From assembly GCA_044869275.1 (NCBI GenBank), contig JBIOXB010000212.1, positions 1 to 45,305 of the forward strand: a stretch of DNA of 45,305 bases. The letters run 5' to 3'. Positions 1 to 9,699 of this stretch are shown piece after piece. The stretch comes from a bacterium (GTDB lineage: Bacteria; Zhuqueibacterota; Zhuqueibacteria; Zhuqueibacterales; Zhuqueibacteraceae). The translations under genes were made by a program, and so were the position numbers. Below the pieces are notes generated by a model. It had not been told where the DNA came from, ran no database searches, and was given only the letters and a program-made list of their open reading frames with translations. Within the stretch, counting starts at the first letter, position 1, and each line of letters begins with the position of its first letter.

Positions 1-581
1 CGCATCATGGGCACCGGGCCGATGCAAAAAACGCGGTCGATGATTTCGCCGCGTTCGAGCATTGCACTCAAGGGCTTGGTCACCAGCCCGTGCATGCCGT
101 AGCTACCGTCGTCGGTGGTAACGAAAAGATGGTGCGCAGCGTGGCGCATTTCCTCTTCGAGAATCACCATTTCGCGCGAGCGCGCGCCAATGATGGCACT
201 CACATCATTTCCGGCCTGCCGCAAGGCGAGCACCACGGGATAAATCTCCGCCACTCCCACACCTCCTGCGAGACAGACGCAATGTCCAAAGTTTTTGATG
301 TGCGCCGGCTCGCCCAGCGGCCCACAGACGTCGGGCAGAAACTCTCCAGCTTTTTTCTCCCCGAAGAGGCGTGTGCTCAGGCCCACTTCCTGCACAATCA
401 GCACAATCGTGCCTTTGGCGGGATTGGCGCCGGCAATGGTAATGGGAATGCGCTCGCCTTCTTCATGCACGCGCAAAATCACGAATTGCCCGGCCTGGCG
501 ATGGCGGGCGATTTCCGGTGCCACGACTTCGAATCGTTTGATACCCGGGGCGAGGGTTTGCTTGTTCAGAATTTTGTACAT
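1..581 (-). CDS. nfnA: NfnA/SudB-like ferredoxin-NADP(+) reductase subunit (5' part; runs off the window edge)
   Basis: Not in the ORF track; translated by hand from ATG 581 (RBS GAGGAG): MYKILNKQTLAPGIKRFEVVAPEIARHRQAGQFVILRVHEEGERIPITIA...IDRVFCIGPVPMM. GQFVILR, ERIPITI and IGPVPMM are NfnA/SudB/PyrK-family motifs. Confidence 0.88.
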   Translation of the reverse strand, partial: MYKILNKQTLAPGIKRFEVVAPEIARHRQAGQFVILRVHEEGERIPITIAGANPAKGTIVLIVQEVGLSTRLFGEKKAGEFLPDVCGPLGEPAHIKNFGHCVCLAGGVGVAEIYPVVLALRQAGNDVSAIIGARSREMVILEEEMRHAAHHLFVTTDDGSYGMHGLVTKPLSAMLERGEIIDRVFCIGPVPMM

Positions 582-623
582 GTGCTCCTCAGGATTCAGA
601 ATTAACCCATTTTCTCATTTCTC

Positions 624-684
624 AAACCGCGAATGCACGCGAATTGAGAACACATTAGCGTAGATTCGCGTGAATTGGCGGTTT
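624..684. repeat. Intergenic inverted repeat with CGCGAAT/ATTCGCG units
   Basis: AAACCGCGAATGCACGCGAAT...ATTCGCGTGAATTGGCGGTTT; the arms are complementary. Confidence 0.7.
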
Positions 685-738
685 CAAAAAAAACGGAGCC
701 ATTATCCGGCCGGCGATCCTTGACACCCACAGATAGGT

Positions 739-2418
739 TTAAAACAATCCCGTAATTCTCCCATGCTCATCCACATCCATATTTACCGCCGCCGGCACGC
801 CGGGCAGGCCCGGCATCAACATCATATCGCCGCAGATCATGACCAGGAAACCTGCACCGGCGGAGAGCTGTGCGTCTGTCACCGTCAGGGTCCAGCCTTT
901 GGGCACGCCCAACGCGCGGGGGTTATCGGAAAGCGAAGCTTGGGTCTTGGCCATGCAAATGGGCAGATCGCCGCAGCCGTGCGACACGAACGTTTCGATC
1001 TTCTTTTGTGCTTTCTTTTCGAAATACACACCGTCCGCGCCATAAATTGCCGTAGCGATTTTTTCCACTTTTTCCGTGACCGGCAGCTTCAGCTCATAGA
1101 GAAATTTCGGTTTCGGATTCTGCCCGGAGTCCGCCCTGGCCACCACTTTTTCCGCCAGATCGATGGCACCCTCTCCTCCTTTGAGAAATGCCTCGTGCGT
1201 CGCACACTCGACTTGCAGCTTCTGGCACAAATCAAAAATCATGTTGATCTCGGTGAGTTTGTCGAACGCGAAACGGTTAACGGCCACGACGACCGGCACG
1301 CCAAACTTGCGCATGTTGCGCACGTGCACTTCCAGATTGGCCAGCCCTTTGCGAAATGCCTCTGGATTTTCCTTGCTCAGCTCCTCGGCCCGGTCCGGAA
1401 CGCCGCCGTGCAGCTTGATCGCGCGGCAGGTGGCGACAATCACGGCGGCCGAGGGCCACAGGTCGGACTGGCGGCACACAATATCGAAAAACTTTTCTCC
1501 TCCCAAATCCGCACCGAAGCCGCACTCGGTGACGACGTAGTCCGCGAGCTTCAGCGCGATCTTATCGGCGAGTACGCTGCTGGCGCCGTGCGCGATGTTC
1601 GCAAACGGGCCGGCATGAATCAGCGCCGGTGTGTGCTCGAGGGTTTGCACCATATTGGGCATGATGGCTTCGTTGAGAATGACGGCCATGGCATTGTTCG
1701 CGGACAACTCTCTGGCATTGATGGCTCTGCCGCCGAGATCATAGCCCACGACAATATCGCCCAGGCGTTTCTTGAGGTCAGCGCGCGATTCCGCCAAAGC
1801 CAAAATCGCCATCACTTCCGAAGCCGCCGTAATCACGAAGCGGGATTCGCGCGGCACACCATGCACACGCCCGCCGAGGCCGACCACCATCTGCCGCAAA
1901 GCGCGATCATTCATATCCATGGCGCGCGGCCACGCGATGTTGGTCACGTCAAAACGCAGCTCATTGCCTTTGTGCAAATGGTTGTCCAGCATCGCGGCGA
2001 GCAAATTGTGCGCGGCGCTGACGGCATGAATATCGCCGTTGAAATGCAGATTGACGAGCTCCATCGGCAGCACTTGCGCATAGCCACCGCCCGTGGCCCC
2101 GCCTTTGATGCCAAAAACCGGCCCGAGCGAAGGCTCACGCAGCGTGATCATGCCTTTTTTGCCGAGCTTTGACAAAGCCTGGCCCAATCCAATAGTGGTC
2201 AGGGTTTTGCCTTCACCACGACTGGTGGGCGTCATGGCCGTAACCAGAATCAATTTGCCGTTCGGCCGGCCGGCTAGTTTTTTCACTGTTTCCAGCCGAA
2301 TCTTGCCGGTATATTTTCCATAGAACTCAAAGTCGTCGTCCGCAAGGCCGAGGCCTTCCATCAGCCGGCGAATCGGATACAACTGCGTTCTTTGCGCGAT
2401 TTCGATATTCGAGAACAT
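739..2418 (-). CDS. fhs: Formate--tetrahydrofolate ligase
   Basis: 559 aa with GEGKT, LREPSLGPVFGIKGGATGGG, HAGPFANIAHG, GFGADLGGEKFFDI and CMAKTQASLSD signature motifs. Confidence 0.97.
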   Translation of the reverse strand: MFSNIEIAQRTQLYPIRRLMEGLGLADDDFEFYGKYTGKIRLETVKKLAGRPNGKLILVTAMTPTSRGEGKTLTTIGLGQALSKLGKKGMITLREPSLGPVFGIKGGATGGGYAQVLPMELVNLHFNGDIHAVSAAHNLLAAMLDNHLHKGNELRFDVTNIAWPRAMDMNDRALRQMVVGLGGRVHGVPRESRFVITAASEVMAILALAESRADLKKRLGDIVVGYDLGGRAINARELSANNAMAVILNEAIMPNMVQTLEHTPALIHAGPFANIAHGASSVLADKIALKLADYVVTECGFGADLGGEKFFDIVCRQSDLWPSAAVIVATCRAIKLHGGVPDRAEELSKENPEAFRKGLANLEVHVRNMRKFGVPVVVAVNRFAFDKLTEINMIFDLCQKLQVECATHEAFLKGGEGAIDLAEKVVARADSGQNPKPKFLYELKLPVTEKVEKIATAIYGADGVYFEKKAQKKIETFVSHGCGDLPICMAKTQASLSDNPRALGVPKGWTLTVTDAQLSAGAGFLVMICGDMMLMPGLPGVPAAVNMDVDEHGRITGLF

Positions 2419-2467
2419 TGTTTATTCTCCAAATTCTGCAGTGAAATCTGTGCTTTTTGAGCAAAGA

Positions 2468-2546
2468 AATCCAAAATCCAAAGCTCAAAGCTCAAAACCA
2501 TTCTTGGATTTTGTGTTTTGAGTTTTGGGGTCCCGGCATGTCCGGG
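2468..2546. repeat. Heptamer tandem + inverted array with a small hairpin
   Basis: AATCCAA AATCCAA AGCTCAA AGCTCAA ... TTGGATT TTGTGTT TTGAGTT TTGGGGT, then CCCGG-catgt-CCGGG. Confidence 0.8.
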
Positions 2547-2572
2547 TCATGGATTTTTTTTTGCTTCAGGGC

Positions 2573-3448
2573 TCAATCCATCGCCACTTCCGGCTCAGAA
2601 ACATGGTATTGCCGCAGCACCTCCTGAAAATCATGCGCGCCCTCCCCCTTGGCCGTTTGCACGAGCTGCGCCAAGCGTTCTTGATACGTGGGCGCATGCT
2701 TGCGATAGATCACACCCAGAGAAATCTTTCCAACTTCGTTGCTGATTTTCCAGGCGGCTTCCATGGACATGGGATCATGGTCCGCCTCGAGATCCACGGC
2801 GAGCGCACGGATGATATCAAATTGATCGCGGCCCACGAAGGTCACGCAGGGGCTGAGCAACTGAATAAAAGCGAAGCCGGGATGCTGAATGCCCTGGACG
2901 ATGAGCTCCACGGTTTGTTTGATATTCGCGGAGAAACCGCGCGCGATGAAGGAAGCGTTATAGCTTAACGCCAGCCTGACGGGATCAATGGGGTCGTCGA
3001 TAATGCCATATGGCGTGGACTTCGTTTCTTGATCACCGCCCGTCGTCGGCGAGGTCTGGCCCTTGGTCATGCCATAGATGCCATTGTCCATCATAATGTA
3101 AGTGATATCGAGGTTGCGCCGCGCCGTATGCGGAAAATGCCCGCCACCGATGCTCAGGCCGTCTCCGTCGCCCGCCACCGCGATCACCGTCGTTTCCGGG
3201 CGCGCGAGCTTCACGCCCTGCGCCACCGGCAGCGCGCGGCCGTGAATGCTGTTGAAACCGTAAGTCTTGACGTATCCCGGCAAACGGCTCGAGCAACCGA
3301 TGCCGGAGACAATCGCGACTTCTTCCAAGGGCAATTGCAAACGGCTCAGCGCTTGATAGATCGCGTTCAAGACGCCAAAATCGCCGCAGCCCGGGCACCA
3401 AACTGGTTTTATGGCGCTGCGATAATCTGTTGGAGTGAAGTTTCCCAT
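2573..3448 (-). CDS. korB: 2-oxoacid:ferredoxin oxidoreductase beta subunit (TPP-binding)
   Basis: WCPGCGDFG, SGIGCSSR, HGRALP, GDGD, DNGIYGMTKGQ and SPCVT motifs. Start set at ATG 3448. The 2-oxoacid substrate cannot be determined by eye. Confidence 0.9.
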   Translation of the reverse strand: MGNFTPTDYRSAIKPVWCPGCGDFGVLNAIYQALSRLQLPLEEVAIVSGIGCSSRLPGYVKTYGFNSIHGRALPVAQGVKLARPETTVIAVAGDGDGLSIGGGHFPHTARRNLDITYIMMDNGIYGMTKGQTSPTTGGDQETKSTPYGIIDDPIDPVRLALSYNASFIARGFSANIKQTVELIVQGIQHPGFAFIQLLSPCVTFVGRDQFDIIRALAVDLEADHDPMSMEAAWKISNEVGKISLGVIYRKHAPTYQERLAQLVQTAKGEGAHDFQEVLRQYHVSEPEVAMD

Positions 3449-5265
3449 GAGCTGCAATCCTTTTGAATGGCTTCGACAATTTCTTGCACGTTAAACAGCG
3501 ACGCCCCCGCGCGTTTGTACACACGCGTGCTGAGCGGCAGCGCGAGCTGGCTTTTGAGAAAACTGAAGAATTGGCCGTCAGCCAATTCCACGATGAACAG
3601 GTTTTCCAGGCGATTGACGAAAGCCTGAAGCGCGGCCGCAGGCAAAGGCGACAGTTGCCTGGTCACCAGCGCCGCGATGCGATAGCCGTCTTGCTGCAAC
3701 CGCGTCACGGCTTCCTCCACCACGCCTTTGGTCGAGCCCCACGCGAGAATGCCGATTTCAGGCTCGTCGTCACCGCAATGCCAAAGCAGAGGCGATTCCT
3801 CCTGCTCGATGACTTGGACTTTCCGGGAGCGCTTGCGCGTCATTATTTCATCGAGCTCGGCGCTGGAGGTGGGCCGGCCGGTTTCATCATGTTCGATGCC
3901 CGCCGCCGTATACATGCCGCCTTTGACACCGGGCGCGGAGATCGGCGAAACGCCGGTCTTCGTCATTTTGAATCTTTGATAAGGCTGCAAGTCTTCCGCA
4001 GCCGGCAAGGTGCGCGAGATCACTTGTGACTGGCACGCGGCGAAATCGAAGTTGGGTATCACTTCGAGACGCTGGCCTAAGAATTGATCGGTGAGCACCA
4101 GCACGGGCAATTGATATTTTTCGGCGAGATAAAAAGCGTGCACCGTGACCGCAATCGCATCCGCGGCATCCATGGGTGCCAGCACCACGCGCGGCAAATT
4201 GCCGTGGCCGCCATACACGGCGTGAAAGAGATCGGCTTGTGTGGTCTTGGTGGGAATGCCGGTACTCGGGCCCGCGCGCTGCACATCCACGATGACCAGC
4301 GGCAGCTCGGCCATGGCGGACAAACCGAGGGCTTCCGTCATTAAAGAGAGTCCGGGGCCGGAAGTGGCGGTCATGGCTTTGGCGCCGGCGAATGACGCCC
4401 CGATGGCCATGGTCACCGCGGCAATTTCGTCTTCGGTTTGAATGAACACGCCGTCGAACTTGGGCAGCTCGCGCGCCATCCATTCCATGATTTCGCTCGC
4501 TGGTGTGATGGGATAACCTGCGAAAAACTTTACCCCGGCGTAAAGCGCGCCGATGGAAACCGCTTCATTGCCGCTCAACACCAATTTGGAATTCGGAGCG
4601 TTCGTTTTCCAATCATAGCGCGGTTGTCCAACCTCTGATTGCACCAGTTGCACACCGGCATCAAAGGCGGAGAGATTGCTCTTCAAGACTTCTTCGCTCT
4701 TCTTGGCAAAACGTTTTTGAATGGCGTCTGCGAAGCCGCCTCGCGGCAGATCGAACCAGCCCGCGAGAAAACCCAGCGCCACCAGATTTTTTGCCAGCGC
4801 CGCGTTGGTCACTTCCTTGGATTTGGCGCTGAAGGGCGCCGAAACGAACCGGATGCCGGCGGGAAAAGGCAGGCTCGCGGGCGGAGGGTCTTCGCTGTCG
4901 TGCAAAACCACGGCATGCTCTTGCAAGCGAACTTCTCCGGCGAAACGGCTGAAGTTGCTCCAGCTCAAGACCACCAGCGCGTCCAAGGCGTCGCCCTGCG
5001 ACAGCACCGGTGTTTTGCTCAAACGAATCTGTGCCAGGCTTTCGCCTCCGCGAATCTGCGGGCCGTAGCTTTTGATCATCATGCTGTACAAGCCGTCATG
5101 CGAGGTGGCATGAATCAAAATCTCTCCGGCGCTGACCACGCCTTCGCCGCCGCTGCCGACGATCGCCAGGGTCAAATCACCGGTGTTCGTTGCGGTTTTT
5201 GTTTCCATCCTGCGACGCTCTCGTGCAGGTGGTACGTTGTTGAAATTGCCGTTTCTTTTTGTCAT
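3409..5265 (-). CDS. korA: 2-oxoacid:ferredoxin oxidoreductase alpha subunit (fused gamma-alpha)
   Basis: GSGGEGVVSAG, YGPQIRGG, AGYPITPASEI, EDEIAA, TSGPG and QRAGPSTGIPT motifs. RBS AAGGA before ATG 5265. Overlaps the beta start by 40 nt. Confidence 0.9.
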   Translation of the reverse strand: MTKRNGNFNNVPPARERRRMETKTATNTGDLTLAIVGSGGEGVVSAGEILIHATSHDGLYSMMIKSYGPQIRGGESLAQIRLSKTPVLSQGDALDALVVLSWSNFSRFAGEVRLQEHAVVLHDSEDPPPASLPFPAGIRFVSAPFSAKSKEVTNAALAKNLVALGFLAGWFDLPRGGFADAIQKRFAKKSEEVLKSNLSAFDAGVQLVQSEVGQPRYDWKTNAPNSKLVLSGNEAVSIGALYAGVKFFAGYPITPASEIMEWMARELPKFDGVFIQTEDEIAAVTMAIGASFAGAKAMTATSGPGLSLMTEALGLSAMAELPLVIVDVQRAGPSTGIPTKTTQADLFHAVYGGHGNLPRVVLAPMDAADAIAVTVHAFYLAEKYQLPVLVLTDQFLGQRLEVIPNFDFAACQSQVISRTLPAAEDLQPYQRFKMTKTGVSPISAPGVKGGMYTAAGIEHDETGRPTSSAELDEIMTRKRSRKVQVIEQEESPLLWHCGDDEPEIGILAWGSTKGVVEEAVTRLQQDGYRIAALVTRQLSPLPAAALQAFVNRLENLFIVELADGQFFSFLKSQLALPLSTRVYKRAGASLFNVQEIVEAIQKDCSSWETSLQQIIAAP

Positions 5266-5291
5266 AGTATCCTTCTTGCTTGTTTTTCACG

Positions 5292-5540
5292 TCATTCAAA
5301 ATCTGCCAGCTCGCGCTCGAATCTCGCATGGTAAGATTCATCTGCTCGCGTCGTCCGCTTGGGCTTTGGCGCTGGCATGGCGCGCGCACGCTGGACAAAA
5401 CGCCAATAAATCATACCTCCAGCAGCCAAGGCAACGCCCGGCAGAATCCAAACGATCAAATTGAAGCCGGAAGCCGTGGGTTTCGCCAGAATGCGCTCGC
5501 CGTATTCGGCAACAAACGCCGTGACAATTTGCTTCTCATT
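5292..5540 (-). pseudogene. C-terminal fragment of a CcmH/CycL/NrfF-like cytochrome c biogenesis protein
   Basis: NEKQIVTAFVAEYGERILAKPTASGFNLIVWILPGVALAAGGMIYWRF resembles the CcmH C-terminal half. No signal peptide, no LRCxxC motif and no nearby in-frame start. Confidence 0.6.
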
Positions 5541-5541
5541 T

Positions 5542-5775
5542 CTATTTGTTCCAATATTGCTTGAAAAGATCGGTGACATAGTTGTGCAAGAATAGCCGAA
5601 TGATTTCGCTTGGGCATTGCTCGTCAAAGTTCTGGCAGGTTTCGTCAACGAGCGCGGCGGCTTGCGCGCGCGAACTGGCGGTACGAATCTTGACGGCGAT
5701 ATCACCGCAGTATTTGGCAATCAGCTCTTTTTGCTGCGCCACGGCTGGAGAAGCAGTACTTTCCTGCATATTCAC
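5542..5775 (-). CDS. Small hypothetical helical protein (77 aa, 3 Cys)
   Basis: Plausible composition; lies at the head of the korAB-fhs-nfnA block. No family recognised. Confidence 0.55.
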   Translation of the reverse strand: MNMQESTASPAVAQQKELIAKYCGDIAVKIRTASSRAQAAALVDETCQNFDEQCPSEIIRLFLHNYVTDLFKQYWNK

Positions 5776-6144
5776 ACTCTGTATAAATTGATTATTCCGA
5801 GCTTCGAGGTTGGAGATTGTTCCGTCTCTCCGGCGTCGTTTGCACCTCTCCGCAGAATAAATGCGCCCCCCTTCCCTTCTCGCCTATCACAAACTCCATG
5901 CCGCTGGGAGAAATGGATGTATTTTAAGTATTATCAAGCATGCTTGCACAAAGGACAGAGTGGCCTGTTATTGAACCTAAGAAAGAGGTTCGCAGGATTT
6001 CTCAAGAATCGGAAGGCATGCGGTAGACCTCCAGCAGGGACAGAACTGAATCGTGCGGTGAGGGCATGAAAAATTTCAAAAATCAGGCTTGATTTTTTCA
6101 CCATACTTTTGCATTTTTACCCACTTCTTGGTTCTGGTTAGCTG

Positions 6145-6186
6145 CTCGTGACAATCTGCGCGGAGGCCGGCAGATCACGAGGTTTT
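6145..6186 (+). promoter_or_regulatory. Stem-loop in the long leader upstream of the fibre gene
   Basis: CTCGTG/CACGAG and ATCTGC/GCAGAT stems followed by GTTTT. A possible sigma70-like promoter (TTGATT-17-CATTTT) lies at 6089-6117. Confidence 0.3.
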
Positions 6187-6551
6187 GGTAAATGCATTTC
6201 CTCTCCTTTTTCTCGCGCCGTCTCTCTTCCTTTCTTCCGCAAAACTACACCCAGTCCAAGCGCCAGCACCTGCTGGTTGCGAATGACAATCCTTTGTCAG
6301 AGTCATCCTCCACCCATCAACTGCATCCGTTTCTCCAAGTCCGCCAAGATTTGCGCCTAAACGCTATAGCCCTCGTACCGAAGAAACTCATTTGCATTGG
6401 AGCAATCGTCTGCGCTTGCGCCGGCTATTTCTGCTGGTCAATAAGGAGCCGAATGGAACTGATCTTGTCTCACCGTCAGTTGCATTCATTGGTCATAATT
6501 GTGTGCTTCACTAAAATTTCCGTTTACCTCAAACTCGCTAGGAGGGGTATC

Positions 6552-9500
6552 ATGAAAAAGGCTTTCGCACTGTGCACCTTCGTCCTGCTCACCATCTCCC
6601 AAGTAGCCGAGGGACAGATTCCTCAAACCCTGAGCTATCAAGGCGTCTTGACGGATGCCAGCGGCACGGTGGTCGCGGATGGCAATTACAACCTCACCTT
6701 CAAGCTCTATGAGGCTGCCACCGGCGGCACGGCCATTTGGACGGAGACGCAAACCGTCGCTGTGTCCAACGGCATCTTCGCCGTCATCTTGGGCAGCCAA
6801 ACGCCTCTGACACCGGCGTTTGACAAGCAGTACTGGCTTGGCATCAACGTGTCGGGTGGCGCCGAGCTCTCGCCGCGCACGCAACTCACCGGCACGGCGT
6901 ACAGCATGAATGCGCGTTCCCTAGCCGCCGGCGCCGTGACCACCGCCACGCTGGCGGACAAGGCCGTGACCACGGCCAAACTCGCCGACGAAGCCGTGAC
7001 TCGCGATAAGATCGCCAACAATGCCATCAACAGCGCGAGAATTGCCGACGGCACAATTGTAAATGAAGACCTCGCCGACAACACGCTCAACAAGAACAAG
7101 ATCGCCGGCGGGCAGGTGGTGAAATCATTGAACAATCTCAGGGACGAGGTCACGCTGACCGCCGGCGCGAATGTGTCCATTACGCCCAGCGGCAACTCCC
7201 TGACCATTGCCGCGGCCGGAACCGGGGGAACGATCACGGGTGTCGCCGCAGCCGCGGGCTTGACCGGCGGAGGCACCAGCGGGAACGTCTCACTCGGGAT
7301 TGCGAATGGCGGGGTGAACACGGCGCAGCTTGCAGACAAAGCGGTGACGACAGTCAAGTTGGCGGATGAAGCTGTAACCAGCGCCAAAATCGAGAATGGC
7401 GCCGTTAACACCAACGACCTGGCAAGCAATGCCGTCACCAGCAGCAAGCTGGCGAATGACGCCGTTACCGACTCCAAAATCTTGGATGGCGCAATCATCT
7501 CCGCCGATATTGCGGACAACGCGGTTGTGACCACCAAGATCACCGATCTCAATGTGACGAATGCCAAACTTGCCAACAATGCCGTGACGTCGGGGAAGAT
7601 CGCGGGCGGACAGGTGGTCAAGTCTCTCAATGCGCTTAAGGATGATGTCGTGTTAACGGCAGGAAACAATGTCACCATCACACCCAGCGGCAACACTCTC
7701 ACCATTTCTGCACCCAGCACGGGAGGAACGATCACGGGCGTTGCCGCGGGCACCGGCCTGTTCGGCGGCGGGGCCAGCGGCAATGTCACCTTGGCGTTAG
7801 CGCGTGGCGGCGTCGGCTCGACGCAACTTGCCGACGGCGCCGTGACCACGGATAAGCTGGACAACAATGCCGTGACCCGCTCCAAAATCGACGAGAGTGC
7901 CGTCGACACCGAGGAGCTGGCGGACAACGCCGTCACCGGCATGAAAATCTTGGACGGTGCAGTTAACACGCCCGATCTCGCCAACAACGCGGTGACTTCG
8001 GGAAAAATCGCTGGCGGGCAGGTGATCAAATCGCTCAACGCACTCAAGGATGATGTCGTGTTGGCAGCAGGAAACAATGTTACCATCACACCCAATGGCA
8101 ATACCTTGACGATTTCAGCTCCTGCAACTGTAGGAGGAACGATCACGGGCGTTGCCGCGGGCACCGGCCTGTTCGGCGGCGGGACCAGTGGCAGCGTCAC
8201 CTTGGCGTTAGCGCGTGGCGGCGTCGGCTCGACGCAACTTGCCGACGGCGCCGTGACCACGGATAAGCTGGACAACAATGCCGTGACCCGCTCCAAAATC
8301 GACGAGGGTGCCGTCGACACCGAGGAGCTGGCGAATAACGCCGTCACTGGCATGAAAATCTTGGATGGTGCAGTTAACACGCCTGATCTCGCCAACAACG
8401 CGGTGACCACCAATAAAATCGCTAACACCTCGGTAACGAACAACAAGATCAGTCCGGCTGGGGCCTCGCCGGGCAATGCGCTCACCTTCAATGGCACAGA
8501 GGTGGTTTGGGCGAGCCCTTCTGCCGCCGCGTTACCTTTAACTGGCTCGGTGAACAGCAACAGCGACGCGCTTTCGGCAACCAACACGGGCGCGGGCAAG
8601 GCGGGAGTTTTCGCCATTGACAATGCGACTAACACCAACGCGGCGCTTTCGGGCATCACCAATTCCACCCGAAGGCTGGCGTTGGGAGTGTTGGGCAGCA
8701 GTGCCGCCGGGGCCGGAATCCAGGGCGAGCATACCGGCGACACCGGCACGGCACCTGGCGTGCGGGGTGAAACCGCTTCGCGGAGTGATTCGGCCAGCGG
8801 GGTGCTGGGAATCGTCGAGTCGACAATCTCCGGGAATCTATCCGCCGGTGTGCGTGGCAACAATAACGGTTCCGGCAGCAATAGCATCGGCGTCTGGGGT
8901 GCCGCGAGGGGCGGTGGCGCTGGAGTGTTTGGAACGACGACGGGTGGCCGGGGCGTGTCCGGGTATGCCTCCGGTAACTCCGGAACAAACTACGGCATCT
9001 TTGGCAAAACCGAATCGTCAGAGGGCTTCGCCGGCTTCTTTGAAGGGAAAGTTAACGTTTCCGGAGACTTGGGCGTGCAGGGCAAAGTGCAGATGAATGA
9101 TGACGTGGACATGCATAGAGATGTTAGAGTCGATCGCAATCTGCATGTTTCGGGCAGGCTTTCTAAAGCCGCCGGCTCCTTCAAGATCGATCACCCGCTG
9201 GATCCGGCGAACAAGTACCTCTCGCATTCATTCGTCGAAAGTCCGGATATGATGAATATCTATAACGGTATCGTCCACCTCGATCAAAATGGCGAGGCCT
9301 CGGTCACGCTGCCGGAATGGTTCGAGGCCCTCAACCGGGATTTCCGTTATCAGCTTACCGCCATCGGCGCGCCCGCACCCAATCTTTACATTGCAGACGA
9401 AGTTTCGCACAATCGTTTCAAAATTGCCGGCGGTAAGTCCGGCCAGAAGGTCTCGTGGCAAATCACCGGCATCCGCCGCGATGCTTATGCAGAAAAATAT

Positions 9501-9665
9501 CGCATCCCAGTGGAGGAGGACAAGCTGCCGCAGGAGCGCGGGACCTATCTGCATCCCGAAGCCTATGGTCAGCCGGAAAGCTCAAGCAGCGCAGCGGCAC
9601 ATGCGGCCGGAAGGCCTGGTAAAGATTCGAGTGACAGTCAATTCACCGCCTCAAGGCAGCGCTAA
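6552..9665 (+). CDS. Secreted repetitive tail-fibre-like protein (1037 aa)
   Basis: RBS GGAGG then ATG 6552 and Sec signal MKKAFALCTFVLLTISQVAEG. N-domain IPQTLSYQGVLTD; decapeptide repeats (AVTTAKLADx); GQVVKSLN and GTITGVAAGTGLxGGG modules; Gly-rich GVxG repeats; C-terminal GSFKIDHPLDPANKYLSHSFVESPDMMNIYNG domain. The extension to 6192 is probably untranslated. Confidence 0.85.
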   Translation: MKKAFALCTFVLLTISQVAEGQIPQTLSYQGVLTDASGTVVADGNYNLTFKLYEAATGGTAIWTETQTVAVSNGIFAVILGSQTPLTPAFDKQYWLGINVSGGAELSPRTQLTGTAYSMNARSLAAGAVTTATLADKAVTTAKLADEAVTRDKIANNAINSARIADGTIVNEDLADNTLNKNKIAGGQVVKSLNNLRDEVTLTAGANVSITPSGNSLTIAAAGTGGTITGVAAAAGLTGGGTSGNVSLGIANGGVNTAQLADKAVTTVKLADEAVTSAKIENGAVNTNDLASNAVTSSKLANDAVTDSKILDGAIISADIADNAVVTTKITDLNVTNAKLANNAVTSGKIAGGQVVKSLNALKDDVVLTAGNNVTITPSGNTLTISAPSTGGTITGVAAGTGLFGGGASGNVTLALARGGVGSTQLADGAVTTDKLDNNAVTRSKIDESAVDTEELADNAVTGMKILDGAVNTPDLANNAVTSGKIAGGQVIKSLNALKDDVVLAAGNNVTITPNGNTLTISAPATVGGTITGVAAGTGLFGGGTSGSVTLALARGGVGSTQLADGAVTTDKLDNNAVTRSKIDEGAVDTEELANNAVTGMKILDGAVNTPDLANNAVTTNKIANTSVTNNKISPAGASPGNALTFNGTEVVWASPSAAALPLTGSVNSNSDALSATNTGAGKAGVFAIDNATNTNAALSGITNSTRRLALGVLGSSAAGAGIQGEHTGDTGTAPGVRGETASRSDSASGVLGIVESTISGNLSAGVRGNNNGSGSNSIGVWGAARGGGAGVFGTTTGGRGVSGYASGNSGTNYGIFGKTESSEGFAGFFEGKVNVSGDLGVQGKVQMNDDVDMHRDVRVDRNLHVSGRLSKAAGSFKIDHPLDPANKYLSHSFVESPDMMNIYNGIVHLDQNGEASVTLPEWFEALNRDFRYQLTAIGAPAPNLYIADEVSHNRFKIAGGKSGQKVSWQITGIRRDAYAEKYRIPVEEDKLPQERGTYLHPEAYGQPESSSSAAAHAAGRPGKDSSDSQFTASRQR
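7722..8407 (+). repeat. Near-identical intragenic duplication (7722-7996 vs 8133-8407)
   Basis: About 275 nt repeated at a 411-nt (137-codon) offset with few substitutions. Confidence 0.9.
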
Positions 9666-9699
9666 TCATGCTTGTCCAGCTATCGTAAGGAGTGCATAT

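Noticed and set aside
6192..6551. N-terminal extensions in the ORF track (also 9289, 18076, 26999, 33104, 36923, 38654)
   Set aside because: Better starts with an RBS and signal peptide or family N-terminus lie downstream. Some extensions merely translate repeat arrays or overlap neighbouring genes.
7722..8407. Duplication as a DGR TR/VR pair
   Set aside because: Both copies are in-frame within one gene, and the differences are not confined to adenines.
6707..8887. 726-aa minus-strand ORF and other long antisense ORFs (e.g. 763-2172, 34260-35276)
   Set aside because: These are shadow frames of well-supported genes on the opposite strand, with no recognisable motifs.
6552..9665. Prophage tail-fibre gene
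   Set aside because: It has a Sec signal peptide and no phage structural, integrase or lysis genes nearby.
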